A stretch of DNA of 50,891 nucleotides from Actinomycetota bacterium (GCA_009886115.1 VFJJ01000187.1:1-50891), one strand, 5' to 3'; shown: positions 18,820 to 28,659, numbered from the stretch's first letter. The notes: generated from the letters alone by a model not told the origin. A program made the numbers and translations.

Positions 18820-19476
18820 TCAACGACCGCCGGGCCGCACGCCACTCACGATGCCGTCGACCAGAGCCCTCACCTCGGCCGAGGCCTTGAGCGGCGAGCC
18901 GGCGTCGAACGGGGGCTGCGGGTCGTACTCGATGGCGAGCTGTATGGTCTCGGCGACGGTCTGTCCGGCGATGCGCTCGACGAGCACCAGCGCCATGTCG
19001 ATCCCGGCCGAGACCCCCGCGCCCGTGATCACCTTGCCCGCCACGACCACACGATCGAGCGTCGGACGAGCGCCGAAGCGCGATAGCAGCTCGAGCGCCC
19101 GCCAGTGGGAGGTGGCATCGAGACCCTCCAGGACGCCGGCCGCTCCCAGCAGCAGCGAGCCCGTGCAGACCGATGTCGTCCACGTGGTCGTGGGATGGAC
19201 GGCTCGGATCCAGTCCACCACCGGGTGGCCGTGCATCATCCTGCGGGCGATCAAGCCACCGGGGACGACGATCACGTCGGGGGCGGAGGTCTCGGCCAGC
19301 GCGTGCTCGACCTCGATGGCCAGCAGCCCCGAGTCGGACCGCACGATGCCCGGCTCGGGAGCGACGAAGCGCAGGTCGACCCCGGGCATTCGCGAGAGCA
19401 CCGCGTAGGGGCCGATGGCATCGAGCGCGGTCACCTCGGGGTACAAGACGATGGCAATCTGCATGGTTGCGTGCAC
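18820..19476 (-). CDS. DJ-1/PfpI family protein
   Basis: MQIAIVLYPEVTALDAIGP, VVPGG, SVCTG nucleophile Cys, GVSAGIDM, EYDPQPPF; alternative start ATG 19464. Confidence 0.92.
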   Translation of the reverse strand: MHATMQIAIVLYPEVTALDAIGPYAVLSRMPGVDLRFVAPEPGIVRSDSGLLAIEVEHALAETSAPDVIVVPGGLIARRMMHGHPVVDWIRAVHPTTTWTTSVCTGSLLLGAAGVLEGLDATSHWRALELLSRFGARPTLDRVVVAGKVITGAGVSAGIDMALVLVERIAGQTVAETIQLAIEYDPQPPFDAGSPLKASAEVRALVDGIVSGVRPGGR

Positions 19477-19513
19477 GATCAGGGGCTCCTCGTGTGTGGT
19501 GGACTGCCGCCGC

Positions 19514-20485
19514 TCAGCCGGCTACGGCTCGAAAGTGCTTGCGGTACATGGCGGGTGTCGTGCCGACCACTCGAACGAACGATCGGTGGAACGTCTCGGC
19601 CGATGCGAAGCCACATCGGGTGGCCACGCTGGCGCTCGGCTCCCGGCTCGTCTCCAACACGCGCCGCGCTGCCTCGATGCGCAGCCGCTCCACGTACGAG
19701 CCCGGGGTCGTCCCGACCTCTCGGGCGAAGGCCCTCGCGAAGTTCCGGTCGCTCATCACGGCTCGGCGGGCCAGTGCCGCAACGCTGAGGTCGGCATCGA
19801 GATGGTCGGCGATCCAGGCCTGCAGCTCCCTCAGGGGTTCCCGCAGTGCCCCCTGCCCGGCCAGCTGGGCGCTGAACTGGGCTTGGCCCCCAGGTCGAAC
19901 CATGTAGAGCACGAGCCAACGGGCGACCTCGAGAGCGACATCGCGTCCGTGGTCGTCGGCCACCAGGGCCAGCGCCAGATCCATGCCCGCCGTGACGCCG
20001 GCCGAGGTCCAGACGTTCCCGTCCCGCACGAACACCGGGTCGGGCTCGACGGTCACGTTCGGGTACTCGCCAGCGAGACGGTCGCAGCGCGCCCAATGGG
20101 TGACGGCCCGCCGGCCGTCGAGCAGGCCGGCCGCAGCGAGTACGAAGGCGCCTGAGCACACCGACGTGACACGGCGACTCCGGCGGGCCAAGCGGGAGAC
20201 CGCTCCAACGAGGGACGGGTTCCGGGCCGCGTCGTACACACCCGAGCCCCCGGCGACGATCAGGGTATCGATCGGTCCCCGTATCCGGGCGAGCGCGGCA
20301 TCGGCGACAACGGTCAGGCCGCTCTCGGTCGGCACCGGACCCAGCTCGCTCGCGGCGACGCTCACCCGGTAGCCGGGAGGCTTCAACCGCCCGGCGCCGG
20401 TGAAGACCTCGAACGGCCCGACCAGGTCGAGGGCCTGGATCCCGTCGAACACCACGATCACGACGCGGGGTGCAGCACCGTTCAT
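19514..20485 (-). CDS. GlxA-family transcriptional regulator (DJ-1 domain + AraC HTH)
   Basis: SVCSGAFVLAAAGLLDGRRAVTHW, TSAGVTAGMD, RPGGQAQFS, C-terminal AraC double HTH. Confidence 0.92.
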   Translation of the reverse strand: MNGAAPRVVIVVFDGIQALDLVGPFEVFTGAGRLKPPGYRVSVAASELGPVPTESGLTVVADAALARIRGPIDTLIVAGGSGVYDAARNPSLVGAVSRLARRSRRVTSVCSGAFVLAAAGLLDGRRAVTHWARCDRLAGEYPNVTVEPDPVFVRDGNVWTSAGVTAGMDLALALVADDHGRDVALEVARWLVLYMVRPGGQAQFSAQLAGQGALREPLRELQAWIADHLDADLSVAALARRAVMSDRNFARAFAREVGTTPGSYVERLRIEAARRVLETSREPSASVATRCGFASAETFHRSFVRVVGTTPAMYRKHFRAVAG

Positions 20486-20512
20486 CACCCGATGATGCAC
20501 CGTCGCCCAGAC

Positions 20513-20546
20513 GGCAGCAATGACAAGTTCTTGACGTTCTCAGCCA
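20513..20546. promoter_or_regulatory. Candidate autoregulatory site of the GlxA-family regulator
   Basis: GGCAGCAATGACAAGTTCTTGACGTTCTCAGCCA is relatively AT-rich, lies just upstream of the regulator, and has a GGC…TGAC…TGAC…GCCA layout recalled from such genes (not verified). Confidence 0.35.
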
Positions 20547-20562
20547 CCCTTGCCCATGCCGC

Positions 20563-21318
20563 TCAGACGATGGCGCTGGTGTCGTTGACCAGCGCGACAA
20601 GCCCGAGGACGGCGATCCCGAGCCACACCGAGCGCGTCGCCCACATCCACCCCGGCCGTGGCTGCGACCGGATCTCCCGGGCGATCTCGCCGAACGGCAG
20701 GACCGACCAGATCGCGGTGGTGGCGCCCACGAACACCAGCACGAAGAGCGAAGCAGGGAACGCAGCGACGGTCGCCATCGGCACGATCCATCGGCGTCGC
20801 CGACCCCGGTCGAACCAGGTGTCTGCGCGCTGGGCCCAGTGCAGCATCGGCCCGATGAGCGCCCCGAACAGGGCCGGTACGGCGACGAACAACGCGACGG
20901 CGAACCAGGCCGGCTTCAACAGCGTGAAGTCGACTCCGTCGGCATGCACGAGCATCGAGCCGATCACCACGCCGGCACCCAGCGCGGTCGTCAGAGCCCG
21001 AAACCACGCCGGCCCGATCAACCACGGCTCCACCGCCCTGTAGACCCCAGCCCCGATCACCCCGAACGCCGCACCCAGAACCAGGAGGTTGTAGCTGCCG
21101 CCGAACGTGAACGTGCCGATCTCGAAGCCGTCGTCGCTCTCGACGCCCCGCACCGAGTCGGGCGACGTGAGCCGCAGCGCGAGCATCGCCAATCGACCAC
21201 CGACACCGCCGACGAGCACCCCAAGGAGCACGCCCGCGAACGCGATGACGCGCAACCGCTCGAGCACGCCCCGCCCGTGAGACATCGACTCCCCGTCGAC
21301 TTCCTCAGCCACCGTCAT
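20563..21318 (-). CDS. Hypothetical multi-pass membrane protein
   Basis: Several hydrophobic helices; GGRLAMLALRLTS…SDDGFEIG motif; high-GC3 codon pattern. Confidence 0.75.
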   Translation of the reverse strand: MTVAEEVDGESMSHGRGVLERLRVIAFAGVLLGVLVGGVGGRLAMLALRLTSPDSVRGVESDDGFEIGTFTFGGSYNLLVLGAAFGVIGAGVYRAVEPWLIGPAWFRALTTALGAGVVIGSMLVHADGVDFTLLKPAWFAVALFVAVPALFGALIGPMLHWAQRADTWFDRGRRRRWIVPMATVAAFPASLFVLVFVGATTAIWSVLPFGEIAREIRSQPRPGWMWATRSVWLGIAVLGLVALVNDTSAIV

Positions 21319-21377
21319 GCCCTACAGACGATCGAGTTGCACAGCCGGGTGACACGCACGCGGGCGACGCGACACCC

Positions 21378-21431
21378 CCGAGCGGTGGGCACGACGACGT
21401 CACACGGCACGTCCTTGTGCCCGATGCTCGG
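21378..21431. terminator. Long imperfect hairpin downstream of the aldolase gene
   Basis: CCGAGCGGTGGGCACGACGACGT-cacacggc-ACGTCCTTGTGCCCGATGCTCGG; 23-bp stem with wobbles and 2 mismatches. Confidence 0.5.
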
Positions 21432-21471
21432 AACCAGACCAAGGGTGCGATGCCGCCGCCCAGCCGACGAA

Positions 21472-22617
21472 TCAGCTCATGGGGACCTGGTTGAGGATGC
21501 GGCCGTCGACACGCTCGAAGATCTCAGACAGGTTGGGACCGGTGATCGTGAGGCCATGGTTCTTCTGGCCGATCACGGCCTTGCCCGGCTCGGGCGACTC
21601 GCGCACGAGCTGGGCGACCGAGCGGGCCAGCTCGATGGTGCCGCACGGATAGTTGATCTCGGTCGAGCGGATGTCGGGCATCCAGCCGTGCACATGCAGG
21701 ATCGCGCCCACCTCGGGGTGCTCCCGGTAGATCATCCAGTGCTCGATGGCGTCGACCGAGACCCGCCGCGGCTTCTTCACCGACGGCGGGACCGACAGCC
21801 GGATCACTCGTCGGTCGGCGTCGAATCCCTTGACCATGAGGATGTGCTCACCGACGACCCGCATGTCCGTCTTGTCGACACCCGAGGCGCTCATCCAGAA
21901 CCGTTCGGCGTCGTGGCGGGCCGAGACGTTGCCGTAGGAGAGCCCGCCGATGCCGTAGAGGCGCATGACGTGGCGGAAGTCCTTCTCCGACAGCATGTCC
22001 TGGAGCGGGAAGGGCGCCGGCAACAGGTTGAGCGAACCGAGGCGCTGGCCAGCGTCGTGGATGGCCCTGGTGGTGTCGTCGCCGTCCCACAGCTCGGGCT
22101 CGAGGTCGGGATCGAACTCGTTGTCGATGACGAGGCGAGACAGCGCCAGCGGCGCCACACGCGAGTAGAGCTCCTCGAAGTACCCGCGCTCGTCGAGGAG
22201 CGGGTCGGTGGTGGCCCGGTACACGCCCTGCTCGAGCGTGATGAAGTGCGCGATGAGCCGGTCGCCTTCGGGAACGGCGTAGAGACAGAGGTTCGACAGG
22301 GCCCGCACGAGGTAGGGGTACGCAGCGTGGATGAGCCGCTCGGGCGCGTCCGGGGCCTCGACGACGGCGAGGACGAACGTCGGGGAAGCCTTGCGTCGGA
22401 AGGGCTTCGGGTTCGCGTGGTCGACCACGTTGATGACGACGGCGGTCTCCCCGGTGGCCTCAGAGTCCTCCGGGTGCCCGTGGGCGATCATCGCCGAACG
22501 GAGCCCGTCGACGAGCCACTCCGCTCCGGGTGAGGTCGGGGTGCCCCACACGGCGAACGAGGCCTTGGCCGGTGCTACGGGTTCGTACAACACGGCGTCG
22601 AGTTCAGCGGCGCGCAT
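21472..22617 (-). CDS. Class II aldolase/adducin family protein with N-terminal extension
   Basis: GNVSAR, SVDAIEH..IY, ILHVH and KNHG Zn-site motifs; ATG 22617 after AGGAGG. Confidence 0.85.
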   Translation of the reverse strand: MRAAELDAVLYEPVAPAKASFAVWGTPTSPGAEWLVDGLRSAMIAHGHPEDSEATGETAVVINVVDHANPKPFRRKASPTFVLAVVEAPDAPERLIHAAYPYLVRALSNLCLYAVPEGDRLIAHFITLEQGVYRATTDPLLDERGYFEELYSRVAPLALSRLVIDNEFDPDLEPELWDGDDTTRAIHDAGQRLGSLNLLPAPFPLQDMLSEKDFRHVMRLYGIGGLSYGNVSARHDAERFWMSASGVDKTDMRVVGEHILMVKGFDADRRVIRLSVPPSVKKPRRVSVDAIEHWMIYREHPEVGAILHVHGWMPDIRSTEINYPCGTIELARSVAQLVRESPEPGKAVIGQKNHGLTITGPNLSEIFERVDGRILNQVPMS

Positions 22618-22794
22618 CAGTCCTCCTGCGGACGGGATGCTCCTGCGGAGCGTCGATGGTGTGTAGTCGATCACGGGCTCCCGGGTCGATCCGGGATCGA
22701 ACCGAGTCGGGCGAGGCGAGCGAGATGTCGAGCCCGCAGATTGTGTCGCACGGGGACGGGTACCGGGTCGATACGGCCCTCTATGCTCCCAGGC

Positions 22795-23373
22795 ATGGAC
22801 GAGACGACTCGCTCGACGAGCCCCCAGCATGCCGGCACCGACGGCCCCCATCCCGAAGGTCTGCGCCCGATCGAGGTGGCCGAGGTCGAGGTGGTCGACG
22901 GCGGTCCGACCGTCGACGGGCAACCCGCGACCGAGGGGTCTCCGGGCGCAGACGACGCCGAGCAAAAAGAAGCCGTCACCCACCCGTCGAAGCTCATCCG
23001 GATCGCGTCGATGGTGCGTACGCTGCTCGACGAGGTGCGACAGGCTCCGCTCGACGAGGCCGGCCGGGCTCGGTTGCGCCAGATCCACGAGCATTCGCTC
23101 GAGGCACTCGAGACGGTGCTCTCCGACGACCTCCGCCAGGAGCTCGAGGAGGTCGTGCTGCCGTTCACCTCCGACACCCCGTCCGAATCGGAGCTGCGCA
23201 TCGCCCAGGCCCAGCTCGTGGGATGGCTCGAGGGGCTCTTCCACGGGATCCAGGCGTCGATGTTCACCCAGCAGGCCATGGCCCAACAGCAGATGGAGCA
23301 GATGCGCCGCCGGTCGATCGAGGGCGGGCAACGCCCCGGTGGCCCCGAGCGCCTTCCGGGCGCATATCTGTAG
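22795..23373 (+). CDS. bpa: Bacterial proteasome activator Bpa/PafE
   Basis: PSKLIRIASMVRTLLDEVR.APLDEAGR, PSESELRIAQAQLVGWLEGLFHGIQ, C-terminal HbYX tail GAYL. Confidence 0.93.
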   Translation: MDETTRSTSPQHAGTDGPHPEGLRPIEVAEVEVVDGGPTVDGQPATEGSPGADDAEQKEAVTHPSKLIRIASMVRTLLDEVRQAPLDEAGRARLRQIHEHSLEALETVLSDDLRQELEEVVLPFTSDTPSESELRIAQAQLVGWLEGLFHGIQASMFTQQAMAQQQMEQMRRRSIEGGQRPGGPERLPGAYL

Positions 23374-23438
23374 GCGCAGCTCCTCGGCGGCGAAACGCGT
23401 TCCCGGGGTCGGGGCGCCCATCGGTATCCTCGGATGCC

Positions 23439-24821
23439 ATGAGCCTCGACGATCCCACCCGAGCCGGCTCGGCCCGTCAGTCCTGGTCGCCCGGCTCGTG
23501 GCGCGCCCGGCCGGCGGTGCAGCAGCCCGACTGGACCGACCCGGACGAGCTCGAGATGGTGATCGACGAGCTGCGTCGTCAACCCCCGCTGGTGTTCGCG
23601 GGTGAGGCCCGGAACCTCACCGCGGCCCTGGCCCAGGTCGCGTCGGGGAAGGCCTTCCTCCTGCAGGCCGGAGACTGCGCCGAGTCGTTCGAGGCGTCGA
23701 CGGCCGACAACCTGCGCGACAAGCTCAAGGTGATCCTGCAGATGGCCGTCGTGCTCGCCTATTCCACGGGCGTCCCGGTGGTGAAGGTGGGTCGCATCGC
23801 CGGCCAGTTCGCCAAGCCCCGATCGACGCCCACCGAGACCCGCGACGGCATCGAGCTCCCGTCGTTCCGAGGGCACATCGTCAACGACATCGGCTTCGAC
23901 CCCAAGTCGCGAGCCGCCGATCCGCACCGCATCCTCCAGGCCTACTTCCGGTCGGCCGCATCGTTGAACCTGCTGCGGGCCTTCACCAAGGGCGGCTTCG
24001 CCGATCTGTCCAAGGTGCACCTCTGGAACCTGGAGTACGTCAAGTCCTCACCCGAGGGCGAGCGCTACGAGGAGGTCGCGGCAGGCATCGCGTCGGCCCT
24101 GCGCTTCATGAGCGCCTGCGGGATCGACCTCGACACCGAGCCCCAGCTCCATGAGGTCGACCTGTACACGTCGCACGAGGCGCTGATCCTGGGTTACGAG
24201 GAGGCGCTGAGTCGGCGCGACAGCCTCACGGGCGACTGGTACGACTGCTCGGCCCACATGCTCTGGATCGGCGAGCGGACCCGTCAGATCGATGGCGCCC
24301 ATGTGGAGTTCCTGGCCGGGGTGCACAACCCGCTGGGCGTGAAGCTGGGGCCGTCGTGCAGCACCGACGAGGTCATCGCGCTGTGCGAGCAGCTCAATCC
24401 GGCTCGGATACCGGGACGGCTGACGCTCATCTCCCGGATGGGCGCCGACCACATCCGCGAGATGCTGCCGCCACTCGTGCGGGCCGTCACCGACGCCGAC
24501 CATCCCGTGGTGTGGGCCTGCGATCCCATGCACGGCAACACGTTCACCTCGGCCTCGGGCTACAAGACCCGCCACCTCGACGCCATCCTCGAGGAAATCC
24601 GAGGGTTTTTCGCCGTCCATCGCGCGAATGGGACCGTTCCCGGGGGCGTGCACATCGAGCTCACGGGCGAAGACGTCACCGAGTGTCTCGGGGGAGCCGA
24701 GAACGTGCTGTCGGAGCACCTCGAGCACCGGTACGAGACGATGTGCGATCCCCGGCTCAACGCCCGCCAGTCGCTCGACCTCGCGTTCCGCCTCGCAGAG
24801 ATGCTCCGTTCGGGCAGCTGA
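23439..24821 (+). CDS. aroG: Class II DAHP synthase (3-deoxy-7-phosphoheptulonate synthase)
   Basis: QAGDCAE, GRIAGQFAKPRS, WIGERTR, CDPMHGNT, CDPRLN. Confidence 0.95.
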   Translation: MSLDDPTRAGSARQSWSPGSWRARPAVQQPDWTDPDELEMVIDELRRQPPLVFAGEARNLTAALAQVASGKAFLLQAGDCAESFEASTADNLRDKLKVILQMAVVLAYSTGVPVVKVGRIAGQFAKPRSTPTETRDGIELPSFRGHIVNDIGFDPKSRAADPHRILQAYFRSAASLNLLRAFTKGGFADLSKVHLWNLEYVKSSPEGERYEEVAAGIASALRFMSACGIDLDTEPQLHEVDLYTSHEALILGYEEALSRRDSLTGDWYDCSAHMLWIGERTRQIDGAHVEFLAGVHNPLGVKLGPSCSTDEVIALCEQLNPARIPGRLTLISRMGADHIREMLPPLVRAVTDADHPVVWACDPMHGNTFTSASGYKTRHLDAILEEIRGFFAVHRANGTVPGGVHIELTGEDVTECLGGAENVLSEHLEHRYETMCDPRLNARQSLDLAFRLAEMLRSGS

Positions 24822-24885
24822 CGCCACGCCGACCGTCGAACCGTGAGAACGCTGGCCGGGCGAGACGGTCGAGTACCTTCGGGGT

Positions 24886-27800
24886 GTGCTCGCGAGCTCT
24901 GATTTCGACCAGTTCGGGCCCAACGCGGGCCTGATCGAAGACCTCTACCAGACCTGGCTGGAGACCCCGGCTGCGGTGCCCGACGAGTGGCGTCGATGGT
25001 TCGCGTCGCCGGCGGTCGACGGTGACACGATCGATCAGCGCCGGTCGGGCAACGGAACGATCACGACGACGAGTGCGCCGACCGCCCCCGAGGCTGCCGC
25101 TGGCCCGTCCGCCGTGGCCTCCACCACCGAGCACACCGTCATCGAGGTCGCGTCCCGGCCGAGCACGCCGGGCGCCACCGTCTTCGACGGCGACACCGCC
25201 GTCACCCTGCGAGGCGCTGCGGCCCGTATCGCCGAGAACATGTCGGCATCGCTCAGCGTCCCCACGGCCACGTCGGTGCGCGACATCCCGGCGAAGCTGC
25301 TCGAGGTCAACCGGACGATCCTCAACAACCACTTGACCCGCCAGCGCCAGGGCAAGGTGAGCTTCACACACATCATTGCCTTCGCCGTCGTCCGGGCCCT
25401 CCGTGACGTCCCGGCGATGAACGCCGGATTCGCATCCATCGACGGCCAGCCGACGCACGTCCGCCATGCCCACGTGAACCTGGGCCTGGCCGTCGACCTC
25501 GAGAAGGCCGACGGCTCGCACAACCTCGTCGTTCCCAACATCAAGCGGGCCGACACGATGGACTTCCAGGAGTTCCGTCAGGCCTACGAGGAGTGCATCC
25601 GCAAGGCGCGCGGTGGCAAGCTCGGGGCCGACGACCTGGCGGGCACCACGGTCACGGTCACGAACCCGGGCACCGTGGGCACCGTCCACTCGGTGCCGCG
25701 CCTGATGCCCGGGCAGGGCTGCATCGTCGGCGTCGGCGCCATCGACGTGCCCGCTGGTTTCGCCGGGGCCGACCCGGCGTCGTTGGCCCGGATGGGTGTG
25801 GGCAAGACGATCACGCTCACGAGCACCTACGACCATCGCATCATCCAGGGCGCCGAGAGCGGCGAGTTCCTGGGGCGGCTGCATCGTCTCCTGCTCGGCG
25901 AGCACGGTTTCTACGACGACGTCTTCAACAGCGTGCGCGTGCCCTACGTCCCGGCCCGCTGGACCCACGACATCAACCCGCAGGACGAGGTGCGGGGCGG
26001 ACTCGAGAAGCAGGCGCGCGTCTTCCAGCTCATCAACATCTACCGGGTCCGAGCGCACCTCATGGCCGACCTCGATCCCCTGGGCATGCGCGCGCCCAAG
26101 ACCCACCACGAGCTCGACCTCGCGTACTGGGGCCTGTCGATCTGGGACCTCGACCGCGAGTTCCTCACAGGCGGGCTGGCGGGCCGTCCGGTCATGGCGC
26201 TGCGCGACATCCTCGGGGTGCTGCGCGACGCGTATGCCCGCACCATCGGCGTCGAGTACATGCACATCCAGGAGGTCGACCAGAAGGGTTGGATCCAAGA
26301 TCACGTCGAGGGCGTGCCCAACCCGGTCACCCACGACGATCGGGTGCGCATCCTCGAGCATCTGCGCGCCGCCGAGCTGTTCGAGCGTTTCCTGGGCACC
26401 AAGTACCTGGGGCACAAGCGTTTCGGGATCGAAGGCGGCGAGAGCCTCATCCCGATGCTGGTGAGCCTGCTCGATGCGGCGTCCGACGACGGATGCACCG
26501 ACGTGGTCATGGGGATGGCACACCGCGGGCGTCTCAACGTCCTGGCCAACGTGATCGGCAAGTCGTACGGGCAGATGTTCCGGGAGTTCGAGGGCGATCT
26601 CGACCCCACCACCACCCAGGGCTCGGGCGACGTCAAGTACCACCTCGGGGCTACGGGCAAGCACACCTCGCCCGCCGGAAACACCATCGATCTGCGCCTG
26701 TCGGCCAACCCGTCGCACCTCGAAGCAGTCGACCCGGTCGTGCAGGGGATGGCCCGGGCGATGGGCGACAAGCGAGGCCCCGACGGCGCCCGCAAGGTGA
26801 TTCCCGTGGTGTTGCACGGCGACGCCGCGTTCGCCGGCCAGGGCGTGGTCGCCGAGACGTTCAACCTCTCGGCCCTGCCGGGATACGGCGTCGGCGGCAC
26901 GATCCACGTGGTCATCAACAACCAGGTCGGGTTCACCACCTCACCCGACCAGGCCCGCTCGTCCGAGTACCCCACCGATGTCGCCAAGATGGTGCAGGCA
27001 CCCATCTTCCACGTGAACGGCGACGATCCCGAGGCCTGCGTCAGGGTGGCGCGCCTGGCGTTCGCATACCGCCAGGCCTTCGGCCGCGATGTGGTGATCG
27101 ACATGTGGTGCTATCGGCGCCACGGCCACAACGAGACCGACGAGCCGAGCTACACCCAGCCCCGGATGTACGGCGTCATCGACAAGCACCTGTCGGTGCG
27201 GGAGCTGTACCTGGCCAAGCTCGTCGACCGGGGCGACGCCACCGAGGAGCAGGCCACCGCGGCGCGCCACGAGTTCGAGGCCCGCCTCCAGCTCGTGTTC
27301 GACGAGGCCCATCTGGCCCAGCCCCAGGACCCGGCCCGGCTCCCGATCACCCCCGACATGCGCGACGCCACCACGACGGCTGTCGCCCACGACGTGCTCT
27401 CCCACGTGGTCGACGCTCTGGTCGCGGTGCCCGACGGGTTCACCGTGCATCCGAAGCTCGCTCGCCAGATCGCGGCCCGGCGGGAGCTCTTCGAGCACGG
27501 AGAGGTCGACTGGGCGCTGGCCGAGCATCTCGCCGTGGGCTCGCTCGTGATGGAAGGCCACTGGGTTCGCGTGGCCGGACAAGACAGTCAGCGGGGCACG
27601 TTCAGCCACCGCCACGCCGTCCTCGTCGACCATCTCACCGAGGCCGAGCACACCTCGTTGGCTCATCTGACCCCGATGCCCAGCCCGGCCGGAGCGGCTG
27701 ACACGGTCCCGATCCTGGGTCGGTACGAGGTCTGGGACTCCCTGCTCTCGGAGTTCGCCGGTCTGGGGTTCGAGTACGGCTACTCGGTCATCGACGAGTC

Positions 27801-28572
27801 GGGGCTGGTGTCCTGGGAGGCCCAGTTCGGCGACTTCGTCAACGGCGCCCAGGTGATCATCGACCAGTTCCTCGTCGCCGCCGAGTCGAAATGGTCGCAG
27901 CGCTCGTCCCTCGTGATGCTGTTGCCCCATGGGTTCGAGGGCCAAGGGCCCGAGCATTCCTCGGCCCGCATCGAGCGCTTCCTCACCCTGTGCGCCGAGG
28001 AGAACATGCGCGTGTGCTACCCGACGACCGCTGCGCAGTACTTCCACCTCCTGCGCCGGCAGGTGCACTCGTCGGCTCGTCGCCCGCTCGTGGTGTTCAC
28101 GCCGAAGAAGTACCTGCGCATGCCGTCGACCCGTTCGAGCGTCGACGACCTGATCTCGGGGCACTTCCGCGAGGTGCTGGGCGACACCACGGCCGAGCGT
28201 GAACCGGCGGCCGTGACCCGGATCCTCGTGGCTTCGGGCAAGATCGTCCACGAGCTCATCGAGCGCCGCGACCAGCTCGGCGCTCCGGTCGCCGTCGCGC
28301 GCCTCGAGCAGTACTACCCCTTCCGCGACGACCTCCTGCTCAAGGTGCTCGAGCGCTACCCCAACGCCCGTCAGGTCACGTGGGTGCAGGAGGAGCCCGA
28401 GAACATGGGCGCCTGGAGCTGGATCGACCGGCGCCTGTTCATGCTGGTGCAGGGACGGTGGATCCTCGACGTCGTCGCCCGGCCCGAGAGCGGCTCGCCG
28501 GCCTCGGGCTCGTCAGCAGTTCACGACCGCCAGCACGAGCATCTGCTTCAGCAGGCCTTCGCCGACCTGTGA
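24886..28572 (+). CDS. kgd: Multifunctional 2-oxoglutarate decarboxylase/dehydrogenase (E2o-E1o fusion)
   Basis: N-terminal acyltransferase domain (TSTYDHRIIQGAESG), MAHRGRLN, HGDAAFAGQG ThDP motif, GQGPEHSS. Confidence 0.96.
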   Translation: MLASSDFDQFGPNAGLIEDLYQTWLETPAAVPDEWRRWFASPAVDGDTIDQRRSGNGTITTTSAPTAPEAAAGPSAVASTTEHTVIEVASRPSTPGATVFDGDTAVTLRGAAARIAENMSASLSVPTATSVRDIPAKLLEVNRTILNNHLTRQRQGKVSFTHIIAFAVVRALRDVPAMNAGFASIDGQPTHVRHAHVNLGLAVDLEKADGSHNLVVPNIKRADTMDFQEFRQAYEECIRKARGGKLGADDLAGTTVTVTNPGTVGTVHSVPRLMPGQGCIVGVGAIDVPAGFAGADPASLARMGVGKTITLTSTYDHRIIQGAESGEFLGRLHRLLLGEHGFYDDVFNSVRVPYVPARWTHDINPQDEVRGGLEKQARVFQLINIYRVRAHLMADLDPLGMRAPKTHHELDLAYWGLSIWDLDREFLTGGLAGRPVMALRDILGVLRDAYARTIGVEYMHIQEVDQKGWIQDHVEGVPNPVTHDDRVRILEHLRAAELFERFLGTKYLGHKRFGIEGGESLIPMLVSLLDAASDDGCTDVVMGMAHRGRLNVLANVIGKSYGQMFREFEGDLDPTTTQGSGDVKYHLGATGKHTSPAGNTIDLRLSANPSHLEAVDPVVQGMARAMGDKRGPDGARKVIPVVLHGDAAFAGQGVVAETFNLSALPGYGVGGTIHVVINNQVGFTTSPDQARSSEYPTDVAKMVQAPIFHVNGDDPEACVRVARLAFAYRQAFGRDVVIDMWCYRRHGHNETDEPSYTQPRMYGVIDKHLSVRELYLAKLVDRGDATEEQATAARHEFEARLQLVFDEAHLAQPQDPARLPITPDMRDATTTAVAHDVLSHVVDALVAVPDGFTVHPKLARQIAARRELFEHGEVDWALAEHLAVGSLVMEGHWVRVAGQDSQRGTFSHRHAVLVDHLTEAEHTSLAHLTPMPSPAGAADTVPILGRYEVWDSLLSEFAGLGFEYGYSVIDESGLVSWEAQFGDFVNGAQVIIDQFLVAAESKWSQRSSLVMLLPHGFEGQGPEHSSARIERFLTLCAEENMRVCYPTTAAQYFHLLRRQVHSSARRPLVVFTPKKYLRMPSTRSSVDDLISGHFREVLGDTTAEREPAAVTRILVASGKIVHELIERRDQLGAPVAVARLEQYYPFRDDLLLKVLERYPNARQVTWVQEEPENMGAWSWIDRRLFMLVQGRWILDVVARPESGSPASGSSAVHDRQHEHLLQQAFADL

Positions 28573-28580
28573 GGTCGGCG
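28560..28580 (+). terminator. Hairpin across the kgd stop codon
   Basis: CGCCGACCT-gtg-AGGTCGGCG, perfect 9-bp stem. Confidence 0.45.
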
Positions 28581-28585
28581 GCGCA

Positions 28586-28631
28586 ACGGGCGGACGGGAC
28601 GGGCGGACGGGACGGGCGGACGGGACGGGCG
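28586..28631. repeat. 13-bp tandem repeat (GGGCGGACGGGAC) x3.5
   Basis: Three exact copies at 28588-28626 plus partial flanks, between convergent genes. Confidence 0.92.
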
Positions 28632-28659
28632 CTCGGGACGACGCTGGGATGGCCCCGGA

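Noticed and set aside
21470..21477. Fourth AATCAGCT copy
   Set aside because: Coincides with the aldolase stop codon, has no second half-site and lies outside the island; likely chance.
21472..24821. Apparent long fusions 21472..23421 and 22530..24821
   Set aside because: The N-terminal extensions overlap bpa; true starts (22617, 23439) have RBS or -10 support.
14654..28251. Long antisense or alternate-frame ORFs (14654..16546, 20839..22533, 24757..26907, 25593..27701, 26941..28251)
   Set aside because: Expected from stop-codon scarcity at high GC; each overlaps a well-supported gene and gives low-complexity Arg/Gly/Ala-rich translations.
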